The notes beneath the pieces were generated by a model. That model had not been told where the DNA came from, did no database searches, and saw only the letters and a program-made list of their open reading frames with translations. From Octopus vulgaris (Eukaryota): DNA of 64,000 bases. The DNA is taken from contig OX597817.1 in NCBI GenBank assembly GCA_951406725.2, forward strand, positions 123,690,001-123,754,000, given 5' to 3'. Both the position numbers and the translations under genes were made by a program. Position 1 is the first letter of the stretch, and each line of letters begins with the position of its first letter. Positions 38,610 to 52,249 of the stretch are shown one piece after another.

Positions 38610-39423
38610 GTCTAATGTGCCAGGATGGAGATTTAAATGCTTTTTCCAGCACACAAGACATTTAGATTAAGTCTCCCTCATTGGTTACCAAGCAATCAAA
38701 TTTATATAAGTTCCATGAAAACTTGTAGTCTCTGACCAATATGGTCAAGTGATTATTACGTGGAAAAATGCAAGCTTGAAAATTAATATTCTTAGGATTA
38801 TAAACCTGGAAAAGTACAGGACAAGTTATTACACCTGTAAAAGTATGGGACAAACTATTACATCAAGTAAAGTAAAGAATAAGAAACTTTTTACTTAGAA
38901 TATTGCAGCAAAGAATGTCCCCTTGAGGTCACAGATATTTTATTACAACTTTTTTCTACTGAATCAAATCTCAAAATATTTATGTCAAAGTGTAGCTGAG
39001 GAGGTGTCCTCTTTAAAACTGTTAACAGTTTGCAATTTAGTTGAGACCTGAAGTAGTGGTGAAGCTTGGAAGCTGCTGTACTTGATGAAATGGTGGGTTT
39101 AAGAATATATTCATCCACTACCATGGTTGAATGATATAATGCACCCATAATTAATTGTGAAATTTTCAACAATCTAATGGACTTGATTAGGGAAGGCTAC
39201 ATACTTTGGCCATGATTTTAGTACAGAAGGAGTATAAAATACAAATCACTGGTACTTTAGTTGTCCAGCCAATATAATATTAATTCAACCTTCCATTGCT
39301 TGTATTCTTCAATATACAAAATATTCAATATATAAAAAAGAATTACCAAGATATGCACAGTCATGTTTCTCTAAATCTATGTATGAACGTATTTATGTTG
39401 GTAGGTATACATATAAGCTCATG

Positions 39424-39457
<34 letters not shown>

Positions 39458-41039
39458 CACACATACATATATACATGCATTCATATATATATATATATAC
39501 GTACATATTTTATACATACACATATGCGTATACATGTACGTATATAAGTATATCTAAGTTGTCTGTATGTATTTGCATACTTATGTACATTGGTCTTGCT
39601 GTCTACAACATTTTGTTTTATTAACTTGTGTTTTAAATTAGTTATTGCCATGCTATCTTTTTCAATTACAATAACTTACCAACAAATAATTATGACTTTT
39701 TCCTTCCCTAATATATATTTTATATTCTTTTTTCTGTTTTTAGGCAACTAGTTAGATACACTAGACATTAACTGGGACAAAAGAAAGTAAAAACAAAATG
39801 ACAATGAAAGTAAAAAGACAAGAAAATATTTCCAAAGTATTTATGATTCTTCTGTAACAAACATATACGATATATTTTCTTTTCATTTATAACTGGTTCT
39901 GTATTTAGAGATCATATAGTAGCTGAAATTTGTTTCTATCACTTAAAGACAAATGGGCAAGAGATAAATCATTGATTTTCAAAAGAGGAAACCTAATTGA
40001 TAAATTGTCTTAGATAAGATTTATCTTCATGCTTTGGTAATCAAGGAATTCAGAAATAAATCTCCTCGAAACTAAAAGAACTGGCTGTATTTTCTGAATT
40101 TTAAATAGGAAATTTGTGACTGAAACACTCTGTCTTTGTGCATTTTCAAAAGAAGAAAAGCATTTGTGCATTACAAAGATATTCTGTGTAGCTTCAATGA
40201 AGATGATAAGTGTCTGTGATGGCTCTGGGATTTGTCTGAACATTGGTGAAGGTCAATGCAAAGGTTGCCGAAAATACTAAGATGGTTTGACTGTTTATGT
40301 GAGAAATTTTTTTGTATTAAAAAAACTGTTCTTTGGAAAAGGTACAGCTTGCGGTTAAAATGTTTGGTTTACAATTGTGTGTTTCTGGGTTCAATCCTAC
40401 TATAAGGAATCTTGATGAAGAGTCTACAATTGTAGCCTCAGGTTGACTTGTAACTTGTGATTGAAATTTGGTAGATGGAAACTGTGCAGAAGCCCATGCA
40501 TCCCCTACTCATCATCATTATCATTAGCAGTAACAGTAGCAGTACACCACCACCACCACCATTTTCTTCATTGTTTAATGTTCCTTTTCTCGTACTGGCA
40601 ATGAACTGGATGGTTTGAGAGGAACTGACAAGCCAGAGGAGAATGTCATGCTCCAACATCTGTTTTGACATGCTTTCTATAGCTCATGCTATTCATATCA
40701 TTAGCCATTTGAAAAGACTATGAAAGTCTCGACCACGGTCGAACAATGATGATGATGATGCTATTCATATTACCAACCACTTTACAGAATGTATTTCGTA
40801 CTTTCTTGGAAGCAATGGAACTAACGATGCCACCAATGTAGTCAGAAGATGACAGCTATCAACTGAGTAGGGTAGAATACTGAAGAAGGTGAAAGTCGGA
40901 TTGAAGAAGAGGAACTGGTGTTTTGATGAAGAGAAAATATATGGCTTTCCCAGCTGGAATAAGAGAGAGATTATATATATATATATATGTATGTATGTAT
41001 ATATGTATGTATGTATATATGTATGTATGTATATCTGTT

Positions 41040-41340
41040 CACATTGACCTCACGCTTAGAGTGAAATGTAGATTGCATGATACCTGTATACAAACAACTA
41101 TACTACATGCTAGCGAAACATGGGTTGTGACTATAAAAGATCTACAAAGATATGAAAGAAATGAAGCCAGTATGTTCTGCTGGATGGGTAATGCCAGTTT
41201 GCATGTTTACAAAGCGTAAATAATTTTTTAAAAAAACTGGGTCTAAACCAAGGAAGACGTGGGATAAATGGTGAGAAAAGATCTTCAGATGTTCAGACTC
41301 ATAGAGGGGATCACAAAGGACCAAGGCCTCTTGTGATTTG
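41040..41340 (+). mobile_element. RTE LINE fragment
   Basis: LTLRVKCRLHDTCIQTTILHASETW...RNEASM. Related fragment at 44700-45120(-). Confidence 0.75.
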
Positions 41341-42009
41341 CAGTACTTGGGAAGACACATCAAGCTAAGTAAAACCATGACCATCCATACATACAGGCAT
41401 ATCCTTTATGGCCATGCTCCCTTCCCCTCACACACACAACATGCACACATACACATACACAAACATAGTTCTGTACTCTGTACTCTGGCAAAACGTCTCC
41501 ACAACCCATTTTCTCAAAACCACCACCATGCCTTGAGGGCCCCTCCAACTTCCCTTCATGTGCCTATCTGCTTACTCTCCATACCCACCTCCTAGTCACT
41601 CCAATTCATCTTACCATCACTTGCTCTCTCTAAATATCTCCCCTCACACTCTGATAAGATATCCCCCTCTATCCCTTCCCCTGTGGGTAGGCCCTAACTC
41701 TCTTACTCTGATTGTCTCTCTATCATTTCCTCTCCTTCCTTGTCTAACTGGGGTAGCCAAGTATTTCCTCTACACTAAGATAGCTATCTCTGTCTCTCTA
41801 ATATACTTTAAGCTCTCATCTGGCACACAACCATTTCTCTGTTTCACTCTGTCTCTCAGCTGGTAGATCTTTGTCCTGCAAGCTATTTGCTGACACTACT
41901 GATGCTGGAGGAGGAGGATGAGGGGGAGGGGGAGGGGGAGGAGGAGGAGGAAGGGGATATATGAGGATATATGACATAGCTATCTATATGACTGTCAGCA
42001 GCAGCAGCA

Positions 42010-43330
42010 GATAGAAGCCACATTGTTTCTAAGCATCACCATGCAAAGGCTTTCTTGTTCTTTCTGTGCAGTGCCCGGCTCTTGTTTCCAGTCCATTCTT
42101 TGATGGCATCAGTACACAAACACCTTTACGTTTTTGGTAAGTTTCTTGTTCTCCTACCCTCAACATGTCTTGTCAGTATGATCTTTGGTAGTGACTCATT
42201 GTGCATTGTATATCCAGGTTATGATATCTTTGTGAACTTGAATTTTGGTAATAAATGTATTTGGAAATTCAGCTATTCTAGTACAATAGCATTTGTTACC
42301 ATGTCTTTCCAGCTTATCTAACTCAATCTGAAAAATCCATATCTGAAAGTTTTCTACCTTTTTCTGTATAGCTGTGAACATATAACAATTTACAAGCCAT
42401 AATTAAATTTGGATGCTGTGTTACGTCTGTTGAAATAGAAATCTTTTTGTTTATATATATATAAATGTAGTTTAACCTTATGTATTCTTTAAGTAACTTC
42501 TCAGTGACCTTCCTGATTTATTATTTGTACGAAATACTTGAAGATGTCACTTGCTCAAGCTTCTATCTCCCTACCTATACATTTGCTTCTTTTTGTTTTG
42601 CCTTACTAATAACCATTCTCTTTGTCAATTTTACATTCATATTTAGACCTCTCCTGTCACTTTACTCTTTTACAACTTACACAATTTTTTGTAATTTCTC
42701 TTTGCAGTCTGCCAGTAGATATGTATTACCAGAATATATTGTTTACATCCATGCCACTGACTGTGATTTCTTTGATCTCCCTGAACATATATATATATAT
42801 ACTCAGTATGTATATCAAATAAATTTAATGATAACACACATCCTTGTTTTATGGCTCTTTTGATCTTTGTTGGTTCTGACAAATTCTGGTCTATTTTGAA
42901 GGCTGCCATTCAAACAATAGCACAAATAATTCTGTTGTCCTTTCCTTCTAAGCCTGCATTTTTAAAGAAGTGATGAGCTCTCTTTGATGCATGCAGTCAA
43001 GCACCTTGACATTATCTATGGAGCAAATAAATAGATCTTTTAGTACTTCTTTTATGACTAGAGTGTTGAAGCAGATATGGCATACCTTGTTCTGCTCTTG
43101 GCTTGAAATTCAAATTCTGCATTTAGTTTGTATTTTATTCTTCCTAACATGTCTGCAAGAAAAATTTTTCAGAGTCTGAGACATGACACCAATAGTCCTG
43201 AAGTCTTGGGCTTTTCCAGTAGGGCAATAAATACAAGTGATTTGAACTCTTCAGGGAAGTGTTCAGAATGATAGACATCATTGGAAAGATCTATGAGTCC
43301 TCGTCATCTGACCTTAAAGGAGTAAAGGTT
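42010..43330 (-). mobile_element. Highly decayed RTE (BovB-like) RT region
   Basis: KIKRAIKQGCVLSLNLFDI in ORF 42670-42909, and FTKISxPGYTMH-like downstream segments. Confidence 0.65.
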
Positions 43331-43513
43331 TTAAATCTGAGATGTGATATGCCATCATGGAAATGAGAAAAGATAAGCTAGATATTTGTGAAATGTTTAT
43401 AGCACTAGAAGATTATGGAATTGATACACTCACATTTTTTCAATGAAATCTATGACTCTGGACACCTCCCTGAATACATACATACATACATAGGTACATA
43501 CATATATGCATAA

Positions 43514-43564
<51 letters not shown>

Positions 43565-43772
43565 TGTTGTGTGTACATGTACGATTTTATTGTGTTTGCA
43601 TCCACAATAGAGATGAACACCAACATCCCATGTAATAGGTATAATTGTTTAGATACATACTACTCTTAACATGAAACCATTGGTAAACTTGTTAAACCAC
43701 AAATAAAGAATATTTATCCACCAATGCAGTGTTAAGCAGTCATCCTCAATGGTTGATATCACTGTGTATATA

Positions 43773-43899
43773 TATTGAAAAGGTTGCAAGACACAACGAA
43801 CATTTTAGAAAAATAAAAAAGAAATAAGTGGAAATTTTACTGGTGAGTGTGTTAAATTATAAGGCACCAAAAGAGAATGACTCTCCCCAGACACAACAG
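43773..43899 (+). mobile_element. Single arm of the 49015-49343 foldback family
   Basis: TATTGAAAAGGTTGCAAGACACAACGAACATTTTAG...CCCCAGACACAACAG matches the arm at 49150-49281. Confidence 0.85.
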
Positions 43900-43902
43900 T
43901 AC

Positions 43903-43939
<37 letters not shown>

Positions 43940-43942
43940 AAG

Positions 43943-44019
<77 letters not shown>

Positions 44020-44020
44020 T

Positions 44021-44120
44021 GTTTCTTAATTAGCCACTCAAGGCTGAATACAGAGGGGACAAATTACAAAGTAGAGCTTTTCTTTTTGGGAAGAAAAATA
44101 AAAGAAAAGAAAAATGGGGT
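44021..44120 (-). mobile_element. 100-bp 3' terminus of the Tx1-type LINE inside (GATA)n
   Basis: Aligns to about 7180-7290. GATAGATAGATAGATAT on both flanks. Confidence 0.8.
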
Positions 44121-45154
44121 GATAGATAGATAGATATCATCATCATCATCATCATCCTCATCATTTAACATCCCTTGTCCAAGCTGGCATGGGTTGGATG
44201 GCTTGACCAGAGCTGGGAAGCTAAAAGCTGCATCATACTCCAGTTAGATTTGGAATGGTTTCTATGGCTGGATGCCCTCCCTAATGCCAACCACTTTACA
44301 GAGTGTGCTGAGCACTTTTATGTGACACTGTATGTGGCACTGTACAAGCACCTTATATGGCATCGCATAGGCATTTTCACATGGTGCCACATAGGTGGCT
44401 TTTATGTAGCATCAACATGAGTACTTTTTTATGTGGAAGCAGCCCAGGACTCTTGCAGGTCAATCCTCACAAACAGGGGAACCGGTCTTAACACTTTTGC
44501 TGTGAAGTAGGCATCTCGGTCCTTTGCCATTTTGCCTGAAAGGTTCAGCATCACTTCAGCATTTTGTTCCATGTCTACCTGGGTCTCCCACCTCCACATG
44601 TTCCATCTACTTTGAGAGACTGACACTTCTTTATGGAGCTTCCAGCATCCATACACATCATCTGACTCAACTAGTGTAGTCTTCTCTCTTGTATACAGCA
44701 TCTAATTCCTCATATGCCTAATTTCTCAAAGCACAAGCACTGTCAAACATGTGCACTTACATTACAAATCCAGCAGAGCACACTAGCCTTGTTTCTTTCT
44801 AACCTTTGCATATTCTCTGTGATCAGGGCTCACACCTCACTACCATGTAGAATTGCTATCTGTATACATGCATCATACAATATTCCTTTCACTTGGAGAG
44901 AGAAAACATTTGTAGCCAACAGAATTAACAGCTCTCTGAATTTCCTCCATCCTATTCTTATTGTACCTGTCACACTCTCTGTGCGTCCTCCCCAACTACT
45001 AATTTGGTCCCCTAGGTAGCAGAAATTATCTACTACCTCTAATGAGTCACCAGGGTATTTGACAGAATCAATTTGCTGAGTCTTTGTAGTTTTTAAGGAT
45101 CCTGTGCATCTTCCACAATGAGCATTGAGGCTATGCTACTGAAGTTGCTACTAC

Positions 45155-45552
45155 ACTAGGTAGGGCATATCTCCATGATGAAGAATCATCATCTGCCCAA
45201 GATTGCACTGTATGGTAAACTCTTCACCAGCTATCATGAGAGAAGGACACCAAAGAAGCCATACAAGAATTGTTTGAAAAAATCTCTTGGTGCCTGTCAC
45301 ATTGTCTATCACCAGTGGACCACCTCAGCTGGGGACCATGCTGCTTGTCATCTCACCATCAAACAAGTCTCCTCCTTCAAAAACTCTATTATCAAGGACA
45401 AAAGGCTCAGGGAGGAGGAACTGCAACATCGTGCCATCAAATCTTGACCAGACTGTAAACCGCAGCCTGTCTGTCTTACATTGGCCTTGTCAGCCACAAG
45501 CATGCCTACAGTCAAGTTGGACCAACCCCTTCTTAATCATGGTTCATGAAGC
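45155..45552 (+). mobile_element. RTE LINE 3' end
   Basis: GHISMMKNHHLPKIALYGKL...RRTPKKPYKNCLKKSL...W. Confidence 0.75.
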
Positions 45553-46965
45553 ATACCACAGATATAGGGAGAGAGTGAGATTCCTTTGACACAGTTTTAT
45601 TTTTCTGTCATACTAGTAATTTGGCAACCTCACTAATGCTGGTGCCATGAACAAAGCATCCAGTATACACTGTAAAATTAATGGTGTGAGAAAGGGCATC
45701 CAACCAAAGCTGACACTGGAAATTGCTGCAGCCCTGCAGGTCACTGGATCTTGTCAAACCATCCGACTCATACTGGCATGGGTCAGAGGAATTGACAGGA
45801 TGATGTTTATGATGCACGTGTGTGAGATTGTGTGCATGTGTGTGTATGCATATGTGTGTCTCTGTTTGCATAGACCTGTTTCAACATCCACTGGTTGTAT
45901 CTCTATATCATAAGGCAACTTAAAATGTTCAATAAATATAGAGAGATAAGTACCAAAGTGAAATGAATATGAGGAATGATGTTCTCAAATTAAAACTTTA
46001 AAGTGGTTCTCTTGGTCACAGCCTAATGACTGAAACAAATGAAAACATAAGAGATTAAAAGAATGATACAGAAATATAAATTAAAATGAAAAATTAAAAT
46101 TCTAAACAGTTTTAAGTGAACTGAATTGCATTTGAAGTTTACAAATTCTTTCAATTTAATTTCCACAATGTTTTGAATAACATTTGATGAAATAAAAGGA
46201 TCTAAAAAAAATATTCTCTTCTTCCTAACAGCTATATATTCGCTATATCAAATTAATACTTAATGACCAATTCATAGGATAATTTCAATGTTGGCTCCAA
46301 GAAATCTGCTCTCTTTGTTTATAACCAAAGCATCTTCCTCATAACTGTCAAATATTTGAAATGTTAGATATCGGTTTGCACATAGGTTCACTCCATTATC
46401 AATTTACTTCAAATATTTCATAAGTGATCCCTGCCAATGCCTGATGACTTACCATATATTTGATAATAACTTTACATCATGTTTCTCTACTGTGAATAAA
46501 ATCTGTCTCATTCATTTATAGACCTTCTGTAAGATTTCTTCTATCATAAATATTCACATCTTCACGAAGCATTTTGCTTTCAATTTATCTAAAGGCTAGT
46601 AGTGTATATATTCAGTTTACACATACATGTGTGCACGCGCGCGTGTGTGTGTGTGCATGTGGCTTAGTGGCTAGAGTGCTGCACTCATGACTAAAATTGT
46701 GGTTTTGATTCCTCAGGCAATGCATTGTGTTCTTGAACAAAACACTTCATTTCATGTTGCTCCAGTTCACTCAGCTGGCAAAAATTAGTAATGCCCAAAA
46801 CTTTTTGTATATTCCATCAGCAAATTATGAACATTATGATTATTATGTAATCCAAGCTTCCTGAAATAGTTGTCAAGTTCAGAAATTATGTATTCCCTTC
46901 TTAGTATTCTGTATTTTTTATGCTCTATGTAAATATATTTGTACACATATACATATATATGCATG

Positions 46966-47272
46966 TGTGGAGGTGCAATGGCCCAGTGGTTAGGCCAGTG
47001 GACTCACAGTCATTGGATAGCAGTTTTGATTCCCAAACTGGGCGTTGTGAGTGTTTATTGAGCAAAAGCACCTAAAGCTCCACGAGGCTCCTGCAGGGGA
47101 TGGTGGTGATCCCTGCTGTACTCTTTCACCACAACTTTCTCTCATTCTTTCTTCTGTTGGCCTGCTCACTTAGCCAGCGGGGTGGTATCATTTGAAGGCT
47201 AAAACATTGCGAAGCGCATTGTGACCAGAGATGTGTAGCAACATCTGTTAGCCTAGTCAGATCACGGTGATA
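46966..47272 (+). mobile_element. tRNA-derived SINE (family D)
   Basis: GGAGGTGCAATGGCCCAGTGGTTAGG A box and TTTGATTCCC B-box-like, with a distinct body. Confidence 0.6.
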
Positions 47273-47539
47273 TATGCATGTATATGTCAAGCCTAACTGT
47301 GTTTATCTGCACCACTACCTCTATAGGTGTATGCATAGATATGTGTGTGTATGTGTGTATACATACATTACATATGTATATATTATTTTAGTCTCTTACT
47401 TGAGCACTGACTTAAAAACAGTATTAATCCTTCCCTGGCAAGGAATTGAAAACTCCTCTCCCACTATACTACCAAATATAAATATATATATGATACGATT
47501 GGCTGCAGCTGTCTCACCTATCTTTTAGGAATACATGTA

Positions 47540-47800
47540 GTCACTCTCCTAGTTTACCAGCTCGTGACATATAATACCTTGATTAACCTTGTTGGAGGCC
47601 ATTGCCAAGCCAAAATATACCACTTCAAGTGCTTCAAAAGCCATTCATAGTGCTGCAAGAACTGTGTGAAGCAGTTTTTTTCCCAGGATGGAAACCATGC
47701 TCAATAATGTTCAGCAAGTCATTTTCTAAGAACTTTATCAGTTTCCCCCTATGGCTTTGTTAACATGTGAAGTCAGAGAAGAAGGGCCTGTAGGTTTTAT
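47540..47800 (-). mobile_element. Decayed CR1-type RT fragment
   Basis: FLENDLLNIIEHGFHPGK...VVYFGLAMASNKVNQGIICHEL matches the QHGF..G / Y.DF.KAFDKV.H pattern. Confidence 0.6.
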
Positions 47801-49014
47801 CACCTGCTTCACTCCTACCTTTAAGAAAATGGCATATGATGAAATCTTTTAGCTTTTTGAGAAATTTGCCTCTTGCAAAGAAACTTGGGAAAAGTATCTG
47901 AAGTGGTTTCACTAAAGCTTGTTATGCACACATACACATTAATAGGCACAGATGTGGCTGTGTGGTAAGAAGTTTGCTTCCCAACCACATGCTTCCAGGT
48001 TCAGTCCCACTGTGTGGCATCTTGCACAAGTGTCTTCTAATATTGTCTCAGGCTGACCAAAGCCTTGTGAGTGGATTTTGTAGACAGAAACTGAAAGAGA
48101 CCCATTGTGTATATCATCATCATCATCATCATCATCATTATCGATTGTGTGTGTGTGTGTAAATAAATAGATAGATAGATGAATATATGTACACACACAT
48201 GATGAAGGTGATGATGATGTATATATAGATACACACAGACATAAATTATGAATAACCATAAATACATGCACTAATATGAAAGGGTTAATGGTTATTACTA
48301 CTATTATACAACCAGTTACAATGCCAAGATAGCTGCATGCATGTTTTCAATACATAAACGTACATACACAGGTGTACATATATACAAAACAATATTCATT
48401 TACACACTTGGACCCATACACACTCACATATACTGTCACACCCACAAACACATAAACACTGGTCATTCAAATACTGTAATACATGCAAAGAAACTCGTCC
48501 CAAAACACTCATTCCGTTGATCATGCCTTCAAATCATGATATCTCTAGAAGCGAGTGGATTATAAGATTATTATTACATATTTCCATATATTATGCCATT
48601 ATATTACATAACATTATATGAATCGTATAACTTTGTATGAGATATGGAATGAAAATATTGTCTGTTTATGGAAACAATTGAAATGTCAATTTGACTTTTC
48701 CTTTCCTGACTTAAATTATTACTTTTATTACTCACTCTGTGAGGCTTATATTAAGCCTACTGGATCATACCTTGGAGTGATGTAGATCTCCCCTTTATAT
48801 CAATTGAAGGCTTACGGATCACCTTTTGATTTTGGAATGCTGTGCTAGCCAGGATGCTACTTGTTGTGCTAATGAGGTAATACCCAGGATTATAGTTATC
48901 TCCTCAATCTCTATACATATCTTTTATCTTTTACATGTCTTAATTATTAGGCTGTGGCCATGCTGAGGCATGATATTGAGGAATTTTTATTTGAATGAAA
49001 CAATTCCAGAACTT

Positions 49015-49343
49015 CTGTTGCATCTGGGGAGAGTCATTTTCTTTTTGTGCCTTATAATGTAACACACTCACCGGTGAAATTTCCACTTATTTCTTATTTT
49101 TATTTTCCTAAAATTTTCGTTGCGTCTTGCAACCTTTTTGATAGTTAACTATTGAAAAGGTTGCAAGATGCAACGAAAATTTTAGGAAAATAAAAAAAAT
49201 GAAAAAAGTGGAAATTTCATCGGTGAGTGTGTTACATTATAAGGTACAAAAAGAAAATGACTCCCTCCAGACACAACAGAATATGCTTCAACACACGAAC
49301 TCATATAAAGAATCTTGCAAACCAAATCCCAAAACGAAATTTT
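49015..49343. mobile_element. Foldback element with hammerhead-like arms (U3:A8 core), inserted in a minus-strand SINE A
   Basis: Palindrome 49013-49281 centred on ATAGTTAACTAT, plus a ~60-bp tail. AGAACTT at 49008-49014 and 49344-49350. Confidence 0.8.
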
Positions 49344-49784
49344 AGAACTTATTTTTTTTATAAGCCTGGAATATATTCTATTAGTATCTTTTACCAAACT
49401 GCTAGGTTACAGGGAGATGTAAACACACTAACACCAGTTGCCAAGCAGGGGTGAGAGACAAACACAGACACAAAGACACACACACACACACACACTTTAC
49501 AGCATGGACTAGGTGCTTTTTCTGTTCCACCTGCACTATTGTGGTTTCTATGCAATTCACAAGACTGCAAGCTCTGGGGTAGATAGGTGGGGACATAGTA
49601 TGTTTCTTGTTTAGGGATGAGGGAATTATAATGAGAAAGTTGGGAAGAGCAGGTTCCTGTAAATTGATTTGCATGGCTACTCACATCTAGCATGAACGAA
49701 AAAGAGATAATGCATGCACAAGTACACACACACACACATGCATGCACATAGAAAGAACATGTATATATAAATATATATATATAC

Positions 49785-50470
49785 CAAGGCAATGACTAGT
49801 GACCAAGACCTTTGGAGATATGCTGTGCTTGAAAAGACCCGATAAGCCAAATGAGCCTATAACCAGTGGCCTATGCCAGTGGGTGTAACCAGGCCACTTA
49901 TGAGTACTCCTCATTCATTGGACAATAAACTTTGCTTGTGAAGACCTGTTGAGGCAAGTGAAATCAAAATCAAAATCGCTGACATGGCCAATGACAGTAG
50001 CACCTGATTGGCACATGTTCCAGTGGACTGTTAAAAGCACCATCCGAGCATGATTGTTGCCAGGGTCACTGATTGGCTCCCATGCTGGTGGCATATAAAA
50101 AGCACCATTTGAGTGTGATCATTGCCAGTGTCACCTTACTGGCACATGTGCCAGTGGCACATGTAAAACAACATTTGAGCAAGGTTGTTGCCAGTGCCAC
50201 CAGACTGGCACCTGTGCAGGTAGCATGTAAAAATCATGCTTTGAGGGTGGTCGTTGCCAGAACTGCCTGACTGGCCCTCGTGCTGGTGGTATATAAAAGT
50301 ACCCACAACACTCTTGGAGTCATTGGCGTTAGGAAGGGCTTCCAGCTGTAGAAATTTTGCCAGATCAGATTGGAGCGTGGTGCAGACTGCTCTCTTGCCA
50401 GTCCTCAGTCAAACTGTCCAACCTAGCATGGAAAGCGGATGTTAAATAATGATGATGATGATGCTGATGA
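49785..50470 (+). mobile_element. RTE LINE 3' end with about five ~66-bp tandem repeats in the 3' UTR
   Basis: AMTSDQDLWRYAVLEKTR*, then TTGCCAG recurring about every 66 bp (49985-50300), then (GAT)n tail. Confidence 0.8.
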
Positions 50471-50472
50471 TA

Positions 50473-50506
<34 letters not shown>

Positions 50507-50652
50507 GTTTGGCAAATGACACCCATAGAATAAAGTACATAACAAAGAATAAGTCCTGGGTCCAATATCTTCAACTGAAGGTGGTGCTTCAGCATGGCCA
50601 TAGTCAAATGACTGAAACAAATAAAAGAATAAAAGAATACACACACACACAT

Positions 50653-50685
<33 letters not shown>

Positions 50686-51419
50686 AAAACTCATATACAG
50701 AAACACATACTTGTATACACACACACACACACACACACACAACATGCAGACACATATAGACATACAAACACACACAGCCTATTTCACATTTCTGATCTTT
50801 GGAATTTTGAAACTCAGTTTAATTGTTAGTTAAGTTTACAACATCACAATGAATAGGACAAAAACTCTAAAAAAATAGCACTAAGTACTCTTTTAATTTC
50901 TTTTTCTTGTTTACACAGTTCTGTGTACCATAACACACATGAACATTCATGCAGACAAAGAAACATACATACATGCATACACACACACATGTATATGTGT
51001 GTAAGTGTTATGGATCACTTATGAAAAAAATTGGATCATGCTTTAACCTCCTACATTTTGGACTTACACAGCTCAACTTCTGCCAGAACTTTCTGCACCT
51101 CTCCTCATCAACATACCAGCACTCTAACCGGATACCACTGGATATACTTACAGATTTCACTGGACTCTTCCATAGATGAAAAATTGCTCCAATATACCAT
51201 AACGTTTGAACCTTTTCGAAATCTTTTGAACTTTCTGTTTTTTCTTACTCTATACATTGTTACTTTGCCTTTCTCATTCCTTTTCTTCTTCTTTTCCTTC
51301 CCTTTTCTCTCCCTTCCTTCCTTTTTTTATTCTCTTCCTGACTTTTGAATTTTTTGAACTTTTATACTCCGTACATCATTATTTTGCCTTTCTCTCTATT
51401 TTTTTTCTTTGTTCTCTTT

Positions 51420-51667
51420 TTTATTATCTCCCCTTCTTTCTACCCCACCTGTCAAACCTTTTTTTCCCCCCAACCAGTCACCATGCTTGATTGCTAAATC
51501 CCCAAGTGTTTTTTTATTCTCTCTGTTTATTTTCTCTTATTCCTTTCTGTTGACGAGTGTAAGGTTCGAAATGTAAAAGACTTCCTCACTTTCCCGAGCA
51601 TCAAACTAATACACCTGCTTGTTGTTCATACACTTTGCTTCATCTTTTGTTTTTCTGTAAATTTCAT
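51420..51667 (+). mobile_element. PLE pseudo-LTR with decayed hammerhead-like motif
   Basis: CTTT-CTGTTGA-C-GAGT-GTAAG-GTTC-GAAA-TGTA-AAAG near 51543-51578. Aligns to the reverse complement of 4733-5000. Confidence 0.6.
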
Positions 51668-51975
51668 CTTGATAGCTAACAGATTGACTATTTGACACTT
51701 GTCGGTAAACATTTTGACTATCAACAAAGAGGGCACTTTTCTTTGAGCCAGCATTAAAGTTAGTATCATACAGTTTGGTCAAGTATTTATTTGATATAAG
51801 ATGTATACATGTTAAAAAGATTAGAAATTGATAAGGTCCTTTATATTTTGTTATATGTTATTTGATACATTATCTGAATCAAGCTAAAAGAATTTTCTAT
51901 ATAAACAATACTTTAAAAGTTTGCAGTTCCATTGCCTCTATCTTATTTTCTCTCATTTTACTCTCTTTCTCTCTG

Positions 51976-52044
<69 letters not shown>

Positions 52045-52072
52045 GTATGTATGCATATATATATATATATGC

Positions 52073-52107
<35 letters not shown>

Positions 52108-52249
52108 CATTATATGCATGTATGTATATATGTATATATATAATCAAATATTGTCATATAATTTAGGAATAAGTCTCAAATGTGTTCATTCTAGAATGAT
52201 TACATTTGCTATTAGAAAACAAGTAATTCTTCTTTAACAATAAATATTG

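Noticed and set aside
46445-46600. Possible minus-strand exon ending at GTAAGT
   Set aside because: Longer frames contain stops, and a 37-nt exon has no independent support.
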